A DNA stretch of 61,577 nucleotides from a virus (IMGVR_UViG_3300043256_000467:1-61577), one strand, 5' to 3'. Shown: positions 47,911 through 56,516, numbered from the stretch's first letter. Numbers and translations: made by a program. The notes: generated by a model not told the origin, from the letters alone.

Positions 47911-48168
47911 TCACAGTTGCTGTTCCAGCTTGAGAAGGCGTTGCGCTTCCTCAACTCCTCGCATTACACGATTCGCGAGTTTGGTTAGCCGCTCGTCGGC
48001 AGGAATTGAACATACCTGTTCTTCCGTGAGATCAGTACGCTCGACCAAGAACTTGACGAAAGCCTCTATATCACCAGCCTTGGCACGACCAGCCAGGGCA
48101 ACTTCACCTAATGTAATCTTAACATTGGAGATCTTCACCTTCTCCGGATCAAAGTCTTCCCACATCAT
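47911..48168 (-). CDS. Hypothetical protein
   Basis: AAGGAGGAG RBS; coupled to the MTase stop. Confidence 0.6.
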   Translation of the reverse strand: MMWEDFDPEKVKISNVKITLGEVALAGRAKAGDIEAFVKFLVERTDLTEEQVCSIPADERLTKLANRVMRGVEEAQRLLKLEQQL

Positions 48169-49427
48169 GTATCATCTCCTCCTTCGTGCCCGTCTCCACT
48201 TAGGCTCTCCCCCAAAAGTCGCTGCTCTGCAATTGCGCAATACTCACGGTCGATATCAATGCCGACGAAACTATGACCCTCCCTCACCGCAGCTATGAGC
48301 GTCGAGCCGCTGCCACAAAAGGGGTCAAGAACGACCCCGTTTGGAGGCGTGACTAGGCGGACGAGCCACTGCATAAGAGCTAGAGGCTTGACAGTCGGGT
48401 GCTTGTTGCCCTTGCCCCTCTCGGCCTTCGGTGCCTTCGGGCAGTAGAAGAATCGGGAGGCGCCGCCGGAGTCGCCGTAGCCTGGGGACATAGACGCATC
48501 ATCGGGAGCAACCCCGATTCCGTAGCCCTTCGGAGCGTCTCCGCGCCGCTTTGTTGTGCGGGGCATCCCTGGCCGGTCGCCACTCTGCTCATCCAGCATC
48601 CCAGCCGCTTCCTCATCCAACAGAACATTCGCTGGCCAGCGACCAAGTTCTGATGGCTGGGACACTTGTTGCCCCTCTGGAGCGAAACCGTGTCCCCCGC
48701 CATAAATGTGCGAGGATTTACCCTGCGTCGTGGTAGGTGGCATCCCAGGAATCCTACACCCATCAATGTTCAGCCCCCCAGTCCCCCACTTGAGAACATT
48801 GGCCGCAACGTTTGACTCCGCCAGCGGCTTGCGCGCCAGCAGGATCGGTTCACAGGCGGGCTTGAGCGCGGTGCCCCAGCCTTCCCGTCGTTTGGCAGCA
48901 TCAGTAGCAGGGGCAGTAATGCTCAGCACAGCGTGCTCTTGTCCCGAATCCAAGGCTTTGTCGAATGCTCTGCCACCTCTAACCTGGGAATGAGGACGAT
49001 CATTCGGGCTAACCCCGATCACCTTCCGCTTAGCTCCAGCCTCCTTGTCGATGGCCTTCGACACGTCCAGCGACTTCGGGAAGCCCTGCCCATACAACCA
49101 GAGCAGCATCTCGCGCACCTCGAAGCCCGCGTCCTCGATGGCGCACCACATCCGATGGTGCGTGCGGGTGCCGCCGAACACAACCATGTGGCCGCCGGGC
49201 TTGAGGACACGCAGGCACGCCTCCCAGGTCTCGACCTGAAAGGACACACCAGCCTTGTCCCAACCCTTCCCCATAAAGCCCAACTCATAGGGCGGATCAG
49301 TGACGATGGCAGCGATGCAGGAATCTGGCAACCTAGCTAGGCCTTCTAGGATATCTCCGACAATGAGCCTCCCTTTAACGAAGAGGCCACTCAACCGGAT
49401 GACCTCACTCGCCGTGCCCGTCTCCAC
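48165..49427 (-). CDS. DNA methyltransferase, N6A/N4C beta class
   Basis: VTDPPY, HPTVKP, VLDPFCGSGST. Confidence 0.93.
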   Translation of the reverse strand: METGTASEVIRLSGLFVKGRLIVGDILEGLARLPDSCIAAIVTDPPYELGFMGKGWDKAGVSFQVETWEACLRVLKPGGHMVVFGGTRTHHRMWCAIEDAGFEVREMLLWLYGQGFPKSLDVSKAIDKEAGAKRKVIGVSPNDRPHSQVRGGRAFDKALDSGQEHAVLSITAPATDAAKRREGWGTALKPACEPILLARKPLAESNVAANVLKWGTGGLNIDGCRIPGMPPTTTQGKSSHIYGGGHGFAPEGQQVSQPSELGRWPANVLLDEEAAGMLDEQSGDRPGMPRTTKRRGDAPKGYGIGVAPDDASMSPGYGDSGGASRFFYCPKAPKAERGKGNKHPTVKPLALMQWLVRLVTPPNGVVLDPFCGSGSTLIAAVREGHSFVGIDIDREYCAIAEQRLLGESLSGDGHEGGDDT

Positions 49428-49905
49428 TTAGTCTCTCCTCTAAAAGCTTGAGCTCATCGTCCGTCATATCCTCGATCTGCTTCGCCGGCCCACCACCCAT
49501 CTGGATCAGCGTCACCGACGTCTGCGGGGCGGCATCCTTACGGCGGAGGTCGTACAGCTCCTCAACACGATCTTGGTTGTCTCCCACGACCCTCAGAAGA
49601 CCCGCCCTACCAGATGCGTCGTTGCCGTCAGCAGCGTCACGGTCCTCGAACGCCGCACGCTGGGTGTGCCGCCGCTGCCCGACTGCGTCCTCTCTAACAT
49701 TGAGGACTCCAACAGCGGCTTCAGCTTCTGCTAATTCTCTGGCTCGCCTCATGTCCCGCCAGGTCGTCGTGTAGTCAACTTTAAGCTCCGCAGCAATCTC
49801 TACGAACTGATATCCCTGCTGGTAGAGCTCGTAGGTCTTCTTGACTCGTTCCAGAATCTCGGGACGTCTAGTCCAGGGAAGCTTCCTCGGATTAACTCTT
49901 GCCAT
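49405..49905 (-). CDS. terS: Terminase small subunit (HTH)
   Basis: N-terminal HTH (FVEIAAELKVDYTTTWRD), helical core, C-terminal MTDDELK; upstream of TerL. Confidence 0.65.
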   Translation of the reverse strand: MARVNPRKLPWTRRPEILERVKKTYELYQQGYQFVEIAAELKVDYTTTWRDMRRARELAEAEAAVGVLNVREDAVGQRRHTQRAAFEDRDAADGNDASGRAGLLRVVGDNQDRVEELYDLRRKDAAPQTSVTLIQMGGGPAKQIEDMTDDELKLLEERLSGDGHGE

Positions 49906-49950
49906 CTATGTCACCCAATGGTGTCCTCGACTCCGACCTTGCATACAGGA

Positions 49951-49981
49951 ATTGTATCATATGCTCAATCATCTGTGTCAG
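49951..49981 (-). promoter_or_regulatory. Putative promoter for terS with a degenerate palindrome
   Basis: CTGACA-19 nt-TACAAT with TGn; spacer contains TGATTGAGCA (8/10 match). Confidence 0.45.
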
Positions 49982-49998
49982 CTACCAGAGAGTCTGAG

Positions 49999-50466
49999 TC
50001 AGCAACCATACGGGGCCAGTGGATCTGTCGCCATCACACCTTCGGAGTCTATGACATAGGCACCTGGATCTCCTGTTCCACCACGAGGATGGTGTTCTCT
50101 GTTCCAGGCGGCGCATTCTGTTAGGGCGTCGGTGCCTGTCTCACACTCGATCTTCTCCCCTGATGGTAGGATGACCTTCGGTGCCGGTGTTCCCGCACGT
50201 AGGAGTTCGAGGCCAAAGGGGCTATTGAGATGAAGAGACCCACACTTCCGACAGACGGCATTCTGTCCTCCTCCTCCCTCCGCTGTGATTCTAAACCCGC
50301 CATGCCCACAGACGAGGCACTCCTTGGAGTGGGTCTTCTTCTGAGATTTCCGGTGTGGCCACTCCGGTAAGGTGAGCCAGCCCATCGTGTACGCCATGTA
50401 GAGCACGAAGACTGCTCCCGCGGCAAAGCCAACGAGTTGATTCGTTAGTTCGTGCCAAGGCATCAT
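49999..50466 (-). CDS. Membrane-anchored Zn-ribbon protein
   Basis: TM helix then CLVCG...CRKCG; GGAGGAG RBS at 50466. Confidence 0.55.
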   Translation of the reverse strand: MMPWHELTNQLVGFAAGAVFVLYMAYTMGWLTLPEWPHRKSQKKTHSKECLVCGHGGFRITAEGGGGQNAVCRKCGSLHLNSPFGLELLRAGTPAPKVILPSGEKIECETGTDALTECAAWNREHHPRGGTGDPGAYVIDSEGVMATDPLAPYGC

Positions 50467-51173
50467 CTCCTCCAAACTACGATTGCTGAAGCATGACCCG
50501 CTGGGCCAGTCTCTCCCCTGAACGTCAGGCGCCCTTTGAGGAAGCGCACGTCTGTCGTCTGCGTATGGGCGTCGACGTGCCAGTCCCACTCGAACCGCGC
50601 ACGGGTAAGCACGTATTCCTGCCACCACTGAGTATCCGTCTTCGCTGGTACCAGTGCCACTACCAGCTCGGCGTTGCCGCACTCCACCTCATGCACGGCC
50701 TTAGGTACCCACTTGCGGAGCGCGAGGCCGTAGGGCGAGTTCATGAAGACCTTGCCGTGCCAGGGTTGGGCCAGACCGTCGATCAGGATCCTACTAGCGA
50801 CGGCGTCGCTGCTCATTTGGTAGCGTTCGTGCTCTGCTGGCGGCGGGATGCAGATGCGGCCACGGTAGTCCACACCATCCCTCACTGGCGTCCCGTGGTT
50901 CAGAACACGCTGAGCCGTGTACTGATCCGGCGTGCAGCAGGGGTCGAAAGTGAAGCCGCCAACCTCCTCCCATAAGGCATCGAAGAGATCGGTGGGAGTT
51001 TCGTAATCGGTCCGGATGGCTGGCTGGATGTAAGGCGTCCCCTTCACAACGTCGGTAGCTCCTTTCGGGTGGCACCAGGGGCACAGCGTCGGCGTGAGGT
51101 CTGGCCCCAGGTACACGACTTGTAGATTTTCGCACGAGCTACAGCCACCGATGTCCACGAGGGGGCTAGGCAC
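50463..51173 (-). CDS. Phage Dam-type N6-adenine DNA methyltransferase
   Basis: YETP, FTFDPC, DGLAQPW, FMNSPYG, LVPAKTDTQWW, FLKGRLTF. Confidence 0.88.
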   Translation of the reverse strand: MPSPLVDIGGCSSCENLQVVYLGPDLTPTLCPWCHPKGATDVVKGTPYIQPAIRTDYETPTDLFDALWEEVGGFTFDPCCTPDQYTAQRVLNHGTPVRDGVDYRGRICIPPPAEHERYQMSSDAVASRILIDGLAQPWHGKVFMNSPYGLALRKWVPKAVHEVECGNAELVVALVPAKTDTQWWQEYVLTRARFEWDWHVDAHTQTTDVRFLKGRLTFRGETGPAGHASAIVVWRR

Positions 51174-51408
51174 GGGGCGACCTCCGTGGCACTACATCAA
51201 CGAGGAAGCGCAGGGCCATCGCCGCTACCTGGATGGCCTCCCTTCGCATCGCGACTCGGCTCCCGACCTTGACTTCCTTCCACAGCTCATCCACCTCTTC
51301 CAGAAGCACGGCGTATCCTTCGTGTGCGTTATGAAACGGTGGGAACTTCCGCTGGGCAGAAATCAGCTCCGCCGCTATCTCTTCAACTATGGTGGTAGGC
51401 TCATTCAT
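51166..51408 (-). CDS. MazG-like nucleotide pyrophosphohydrolase
   Basis: HEGYAVLLEEVDELW...REAIQVAAMA. Confidence 0.75.
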   Translation of the reverse strand: MNEPTTIVEEIAAELISAQRKFPPFHNAHEGYAVLLEEVDELWKEVKVGSRVAMRREAIQVAAMALRFLVDVVPRRSPRA

Positions 51409-51742
51409 GGCGGCCTTCCAGGGCGACATCAGTGCGCTCTATCCGCTCTGCTGCCGGGCCAATCCTCATGTGCCAGCGGGACTTGCACTTACACGTTGTT
51501 GCTTCGCATGGGTAGCAGTCCCGCCGCCATTCCTCCAGCGCCTTCCGCAGCCCCTTCACCTCCACCGCCCGCAGAGCGTCCTGCTCCTCGGTACGCTGTA
51601 GGCAGGCGGAGAGGCGGTCGCGCTCGTCAAGAAGGCGAAGAATCACCGTATTCGTATGGTTACGCTTGGTACCTAGAAACTCGCCAAACGTAGCCCAAAT
51701 GCGCCAGCGCGTAAGCTCCTCCCTCGTCGGCTCAGCCATCAC
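51401..51742 (-). CDS. Hypothetical protein
   Basis: 113 aa; coiled coil plus CYPC...CKC. Confidence 0.5.
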   Translation of the reverse strand: MMAEPTREELTRWRIWATFGEFLGTKRNHTNTVILRLLDERDRLSACLQRTEEQDALRAVEVKGLRKALEEWRRDCYPCEATTCKCKSRWHMRIGPAAERIERTDVALEGRHE

Positions 51743-51751
51743 ACTCTCCCT

Positions 51752-52171
51752 CTAGCTGAAGTCAATCCCAATGCTGTGCGTAAATTGAATAGGGCACTCT
51801 TCGAGCAGCGCTATGAACTCCGCCCGTGTGAAGTGATCACCATACTCATTCTCAATCTCAGCCACTCCCTCTAGGTAGCCCGGCTTAACAGCCCAAGAGA
51901 ACGAACTGCATGAAGCTACGCCGGTCTTACGTTGCGGTGGGGCTCTGTTGAATCCCAACTCGCGTCCGGCAGCAGAGTTTTCCACCGACTCCTTCGTAGG
52001 CTCCTGGCCACACTTGGGGCAGCGGTCAAGCATCCCCGATTCGTCATGCGGAGTGCCAGACCTCGCCAGCGTGACGCCACAGTCCCAACAGTAGCGGCCC
52101 GCCGCCGATCGTTTGCCTATATGCTGCCCACGATGCTCACAACTAGACACCACGTAGTAGTTAGTTCCCAT
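51752..52171 (-). CDS. Conserved hypothetical phage protein with Zn ribbon
   Basis: MGTNYY, HIGKRSA, CWDC...CPKC, IENEYG. Confidence 0.65.
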   Translation of the reverse strand: MGTNYYVVSSCEHRGQHIGKRSAAGRYCWDCGVTLARSGTPHDESGMLDRCPKCGQEPTKESVENSAAGRELGFNRAPPQRKTGVASCSSFSWAVKPGYLEGVAEIENEYGDHFTRAEFIALLEECPIQFTHSIGIDFS

Positions 52172-52514
52172 CGCGCTCTCTCTCTAGCAGCGCCGCGTCC
52201 AGGGCGAGTTCGGCTGCACGGGCCTTATCAGCCAGTCGGGGTAGTAGCCGCTCCGCCGCATCGCGCAGCTTGGCATCTGTCAAGTCTTCATCCAATATCA
52301 AGGCGTCGAGGCCCTCACGGACGGCTTCCGCCATGCCCCGCAGCGGGCCTAGGTACTTAGCGAGGGCGGCGAGGCGGCGGCGATCCTTCCGCGCCTGCCA
52401 CTGGCGCTTCGATCCTTCTACTGTGGCCCAATCAGAACCCTCCTCTAGCGGGCTGTGCTCCTTCGTGCTGGCCGCTGCTATCAGGGTGCGCAGGATGTCG
52501 CCGGGGTCTTTCAT
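52161..52514 (-). CDS. Hypothetical protein
   Basis: 117-aa helical ORF with overlaps on both sides. Confidence 0.5.
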   Translation of the reverse strand: MKDPGDILRTLIAAASTKEHSPLEEGSDWATVEGSKRQWQARKDRRRLAALAKYLGPLRGMAEAVREGLDALILDEDLTDAKLRDAAERLLPRLADKARAAELALDAALLERERDGN

Positions 52515-52942
52515 GGTGCCTTCCCCTGGGCCTCGCGGACGCGGAGGAGGAGGGCACGTTCGCTATCCGTTAGTCGGCACGAACTGTAAACGCCCCCACT
52601 CTCCGCGGTTCCTCCCTCCCGATGATTCCAGCCCACAAGAGGGAAGTGAGCATCGCCTTGTGGCTCATATTCAATAGGCAGCGAATGCTCCGGACAACGT
52701 GCCTCCAGCGCCCCCACCAGCTCCTCCACCAGCGAGGCCTGGTTCGCGGCGGCGACGAGATCGTTCATGGCCGCACCAAGATCGAGATACGCGTGGGGTA
52801 GTTCCGCTCGGCAAAAGCCGCAGTAGTTGGATGTGGGATCATTCGTCGCCTTGCAGTCAGGACGAGGACACGGCAGAAGGAAATCGCCCGTGTGCGGATT
52901 CCTGCCCCATGGCCACGGTATCGGGCTGTGTTCCTCCCTCAT
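52511..52942 (-). CDS. Hypothetical Zn-ribbon protein
   Basis: CPRPDC...NYCGFC. Confidence 0.55.
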   Translation of the reverse strand: MREEHSPIPWPWGRNPHTGDFLLPCPRPDCKATNDPTSNYCGFCRAELPHAYLDLGAAMNDLVAAANQASLVEELVGALEARCPEHSLPIEYEPQGDAHFPLVGWNHREGGTAESGGVYSSCRLTDSERALLLRVREAQGKAP

Positions 52943-53250
52943 GGCATCTTCCTCTCTAGCTCGGCCCAGGCGGCGAGGGCCCTAGTACGTTCCTGTTGGG
53001 AACACTTACACGGCAGCTTCGAGAAGCCAGCAGAACAGCCTCCGTCATGCTCACTGTCCGGCCGCTCCAGGTGTGCCTGTGCTAGCTGGATGGCGACGGC
53101 GAGGATGTCGGGGGCGAGGGTGGCAATCTTGCACACGGCCTCATGTTCCAGCGCACCCGCCAACTGCGGGGAATTGAGGATCACCTTTCTCACATCCCAG
53201 GGACGGGGCGGAGTCGCAGCCAGCAGCGCCTTAGCCTTCTTGGTGATCAT
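52939..53250 (-). CDS. Hypothetical protein (Ead/Ea22-like pattern)
   Basis: LLAATPPRPW...IATLAPDIL; GAGGAGG RBS. Confidence 0.5.
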   Translation of the reverse strand: MITKKAKALLAATPPRPWDVRKVILNSPQLAGALEHEAVCKIATLAPDILAVAIQLAQAHLERPDSEHDGGCSAGFSKLPCKCSQQERTRALAAWAELERKMP

Positions 53251-53281
53251 GGCTTCCTCCTCTACGGCCTGCAGGCCAGGG

Positions 53282-53506
53282 CTAATCACAGCAGCCAAGC
53301 CAGGTAATTGCCACAGCCATAATGATTGCGACAGCAAGGACAGTAGCCAGGATTGTCCCTCCCACGAAGATAACCACTCCGCTACTGCGGGGGACGGTAT
53401 CGGGCGGTAGGCGATCCAACAGAAGTCCTCCTATCATGGTTACCACGACTACCGCAGCCATCAGCATGGGAACTATCAGCCACCCGTATTCGTCGTTGTT
53501 ATTCAC
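53282..53506 (-). CDS. Two-TM membrane protein
   Basis: Two long hydrophobic helices; GTGA coupling. Confidence 0.55.
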   Translation of the reverse strand: MNNNDEYGWLIVPMLMAAVVVVTMIGGLLLDRLPPDTVPRSSGVVIFVGGTILATVLAVAIIMAVAITWLGCCD

Positions 53507-53952
53507 GGGCAACCCGGCCACGGCCTACCCCGCTCTCCCCGCTGCCACTGGACGTACTGGATGTGGGCCTCGACGGTATTCTGGTAGGGATCAAGCGGTC
53601 CGTTCCAGACCTGCCAAAGCCCATAGAAGTAGACGAGTCGCCCTGTATACCATTCCTCCCCTATGACATTCGGGTCGCCGTCGGACTCGCACATCACCGT
53701 GGCCTCGGCCCACGCGCAGGGCCAGGTGAACTCCGCTCCGCAGATGAGGTAGCGCCAGTCGGTGCCGGCGGGCGGCACAGGGAGCACTCTGCCAGCCCGT
53801 ATGGACTGTGGGGTTTGTGGTTCGTCTCCCCGCGCCAGTGTCCCTTCCTCTTGTGTGTCCCCGCTGTCGTCATCACCCAGGGGTGTCGCCTCCGGCACCA
53901 AGCGCTCCCAGCGAGCCTGCCAAGCTTGTCCCGTAGCATCTAGAACCACGCC
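53503..53952 (-). CDS. Lysozyme-like/SLT transglycosylase domain (start uncertain)
   Basis: VMCESDGDPN, YGLWQV, DPYQN, RPWPGC. Confidence 0.65.
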   Translation of the reverse strand, partial: GVVLDATGQAWQARWERLVPEATPLGDDDSGDTQEEGTLARGDEPQTPQSIRAGRVLPVPPAGTDWRYLICGAEFTWPCAWAEATVMCESDGDPNVIGEEWYTGRLVYFYGLWQVWNGPLDPYQNTVEAHIQYVQWQRGERGRPWPGCP

Positions 53953-54056
53953 CCGGTGGCATTGTGGTGGGCCGCCGCTACGATAGCCAAAAGCCCTACC
54001 GCGAGGAGTATCCCGCACACAAGGGCGATGATCGGCTCCCATTCCTGATGTCTCAT
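53940..54056 (-). CDS. 38-aa signal-anchor peptide overlapping the SLT frame
   Basis: MRHQEWEPIIALVCGILLAVGLLAIVAAAHHNATGAWF; AAGGAGGAG RBS. Confidence 0.55.
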   Translation of the reverse strand: MRHQEWEPIIALVCGILLAVGLLAIVAAAHHNATGAWF

Positions 54057-54119
54057 GATCTCCTCCTTCGTAGCCCCCTGAGCCCACTAGCACGATCAGC
54101 AGGGCGAGGGCGTAGCGCG

Positions 54120-54422
54120 TCAGCGGTGTTTGTCCTTGCTAGCCGGGGCCGCCGAGGGGCTGGGCTCCACAAGCTGTTCACGGATGCGGAGCAGGACGGC
54201 GATGAGCTGGTCGCACTCCACCAGGGCCTCGCCGCGACCCTCCTTCCCGATGAGCTGTCCGAGCAGGGCTGCGGCCAATTCGCCTAGCTCCTCCTGCGCT
54301 TTGAGGCACCAGACGTATACTGCCTCTGCGTCGGGTAGTGTTGGCATGGGGTAGCGCCACCGAATATCCTGCTGGGTCGCCGCGTCGAGAATGTCAGCCC
54401 AGCTCTCACGGCCGTCCATCAC
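54120..54422 (-). CDS. Second MazG-like protein
   Basis: LKAQEELGELAAA...ALVECDQL. Confidence 0.65.
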   Translation of the reverse strand: MMDGRESWADILDAATQQDIRWRYPMPTLPDAEAVYVWCLKAQEELGELAAALLGQLIGKEGRGEALVECDQLIAVLLRIREQLVEPSPSAAPASKDKHR

Positions 54423-54460
54423 TCCTCCTCTCGGCGCGGGCTAGCCGCATCTTCTCGGAA

Positions 54461-54559
54461 TGGGTAGGGGCCGGTGCGGTATCGAACCGCGCCCAATTCT
54501 GCTGTGGCCGCCCATGGGACGCCGAAAGACTCTGACGAGGCTGGAACACACCCCGGCCA
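54461..54559 (-). ncRNA. tRNA-like element (T-arm plus acceptor-like stem; no canonical anticodon arm)
   Basis: GGCCGG...GCGG-TTCGATA-CCGC-A-CCGGCC-CCTACCCA in a ~200-nt intergenic gap. Confidence 0.35.
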
Positions 54560-54624
54560 CTTCTAGCGTGACTCCTGTCACTGCCGGCCCCATGTTACTA
54601 GTTCTCCCAAATCGTCTGTCAAGG

Positions 54625-55323
54625 TCACTCTATTCTCCTCACACTCTTGACCTTGTGAGGATCAACTACTACCTCCTCTTCGCCGCGCCCGAGGAAGATT
54701 CCGAGAATCTCTTGCGGCCCAACTTCCCCAACCCAAACCTGACCCTTTTCTTGGTTGAAGCGGCGAGCGAACCATGCCGCACGCCCCGGACTCTTCGTCC
54801 ATGAGATGCCAAACTGATAGCCTAGGCCGCAGCCACGATAGATCGTCACCGTCTGCTTAGGGAGGAGAAAGTCCTTGACCTCGCTCTTATCTTCAACGTC
54901 GGTGACGAAGCCAGCAGCACGAAACATTTGGAGTGGCAAGGTCCCGAACTGTGACGGCATCTCGCAGTCAATCCAGACATGAGGGAGCATCTCCACCATC
55001 TGTTCTTCCGTGATCTCCTCATCCTTCCACCACTGGCAAAATGTCGTTATCCGCCAAGGCCGCTCGTAGAACCAAAGGGCGCTTTCATGCTTCCCCTCGA
55101 GCAGCAACTCGGCGACGCGCTTCGTCTTGATCTCATACTGCTGGTTCGCCAGTTTCCAAGACGTGAAGAAGACCTCGTTCACGAATGGGTGCTTTATCAT
55201 CGGCCCGCCAAGCGGCCCATCCTCGACAACGCAGGCCCTGAGCTCGGGGTGGAGCTTGTCAAGGTTCTGAGGGTCTTCACCAAAGAACTCAATATGCTTG
55301 GCCATCTGCTGCTTAGACGTCAC
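54625..55323 (-). CDS. Putative R-S-E class ADP-ribosyltransferase-fold protein
   Basis: TIYRG...GISWT...AAWFA...RGEEEVVV; GAGGAG RBS. Confidence 0.65.
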   Translation of the reverse strand: MTSKQQMAKHIEFFGEDPQNLDKLHPELRACVVEDGPLGGPMIKHPFVNEVFFTSWKLANQQYEIKTKRVAELLLEGKHESALWFYERPWRITTFCQWWKDEEITEEQMVEMLPHVWIDCEMPSQFGTLPLQMFRAAGFVTDVEDKSEVKDFLLPKQTVTIYRGCGLGYQFGISWTKSPGRAAWFARRFNQEKGQVWVGEVGPQEILGIFLGRGEEEVVVDPHKVKSVRRIE

Positions 55324-55469
55324 GGGGACTTCTCCTCAAACCCAGGGCATCCGCACCAGTGGACCCCCATTAGACCCCACTTGCGCGCCGCGCAGCCTGC
55401 GTTACGCCGGCCATCTGACCCGATGTAGGCATAGTGCACCGACTCGCCATCTCCACAGTGCTTGCACAT
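55320..55469 (-). CDS. 49-aa Cys/His microprotein
   Basis: MCKHCG...VH...GC...CGCPGF; first ORF after promoter copy 5; GTGA-coupled to the ART gene. Confidence 0.6.
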   Translation of the reverse strand: MCKHCGDGESVHYAYIGSDGRRNAGCAARKWGLMGVHWCGCPGFEEKSP

Positions 55470-55517
55470 CTCAGTCTTTCCCTCTCCTTGAGCCTAATCC
55501 GACCTGGTTCCTCTATC

Positions 55518-55547
55518 AATGTAACATGATGATTAATCAGTTGTCAA
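55518..55547 (-). promoter_or_regulatory. Sigma70 promoter with TGATTAATCA palindrome (copy 5)
   Basis: TTGACA-ACTGATTAATCATCATGT(18)-TACATT. Confidence 0.82.
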
Positions 55548-55601
55548 GTCCTTCCCTACTATCAGCCTGCCTCATCGGTGCCAGGAGGCTATCCCTGGCA
55601 G

Positions 55602-55619
55602 ACCGGCCCGAAGGCCGGT
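55602..55619 (-). terminator. C(UUCG)G hairpin at the end of the upstream transcription unit
   Basis: ACCGGCC-TTCG-GGCCGGT just after the stop at 55625; weak U-tract. Confidence 0.45.
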
Positions 55620-55755
55620 TTCGGCTACTTCACTCCATGCGCCACGAGGCGCAGTCGGTACGCTTCCATACAGCGGGCGCAGAGCACCGATGCGGCGCTT
55701 GCCAAACGATTGCAGCCGCATATGCAAGCACAGTAGTCGGTCTCTATCATCAGCG

Positions 55756-56070
55756 TCATGCCTTCTCCACCTCCTCGATGATGGCGCGGGCCTTGACCTT
55801 CGCTTGGCAATGTCTACAGTCCTTCTCTCTCATTTCTGTGGCGCAGCGCCATTGCTCATGTAGTGCGCCAAGCCATTGTAGGGATTCCTTCAGCGCCTCT
55901 AGGAGCTTGGCGTTCTGGGCGCGGAGCTGGCCCTTCTCCGTCGTCTCATAGAAGGCTAACTCCTTGCGGAGCCGTAGGTTATCCTTGGCTACGTGCCCCA
56001 ACACTTCCCTCGCGTCTACCCCTGTCTCCGTCCCGTCCGCCCCTGGCTCCCCTGGTAGTGCGTGTCCCAT
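55756..56070 (-). CDS. Hypothetical coiled-coil protein
   Basis: AAGGAGGAG RBS; NAKLLEALKE...ARAII pattern. Confidence 0.55.
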   Translation of the reverse strand: MGHALPGEPGADGTETGVDAREVLGHVAKDNLRLRKELAFYETTEKGQLRAQNAKLLEALKESLQWLGALHEQWRCATEMREKDCRHCQAKVKARAIIEEVEKA

Positions 56071-56085
56071 GTCTCCTCCTTTGGG

Positions 56086-56283
56086 CTAGGCGTATACTTG
56101 GCTCTCAGCCCTAGCGAGCCGCTGCTTGGCGTCAGCAAGGTTCTTCTCTGCGTCTGCGAGTCGCTGGCGAATGAGAGGTAGGCATTCACTCTTTGGATGT
56201 GGGATGGGTGGCCCATGCCGACCAGGGATATCCCTGTACAGCGTGCCGCAGTTGGAGCACTGGTATGAGTGTGTCCCCGTCAT
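56086..56283 (-). CDS. Small Zn-finger/coiled-coil protein
   Basis: GAGGAGGAG RBS; CSNCG...H...C. Confidence 0.55.
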   Translation of the reverse strand: MTGTHSYQCSNCGTLYRDIPGRHGPPIPHPKSECLPLIRQRLADAEKNLADAKQRLARAESQVYA

Positions 56284-56516
56284 GTCTCCTCCTCTCTTGG
56301 CTGTGCGCCCGGGGACTTGAAGCGTGCGAAGGCCAGGGACATGGGCAGCCTTGGGTACTGCGTTAGGGCGTTCTTGGCACAAGAACTGCATAGACCTTGT
56401 ATATCACCGCTGAAGGTCGTCCCTGCTGAAATGGCGAGGTCGCAGTGCTCACAGTGTACGTGCCCAGCCCCAAAGCATGTGTCTCGGATTCTTCGGTTGT
56501 GGTATGTCAGGGCCAT
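56280..56516 (-). CDS. Small Zn-finger protein
   Basis: CEHC...LCSSC; GAGGAGGAG RBS. Confidence 0.55.
   Translation of the reverse strand: MALTYHNRRIRDTCFGAGHVHCEHCDLAISAGTTFSGDIQGLCSSCAKNALTQYPRLPMSLAFARFKSPGAQPREEET

Noticed and set aside
54461-54559. Canonical tRNA-Met(CAT)
   Set aside because: No proper D-arm, no U33-containing 7-nt anticodon loop, and mismatches at stem ends; kept only as tRNA-like.
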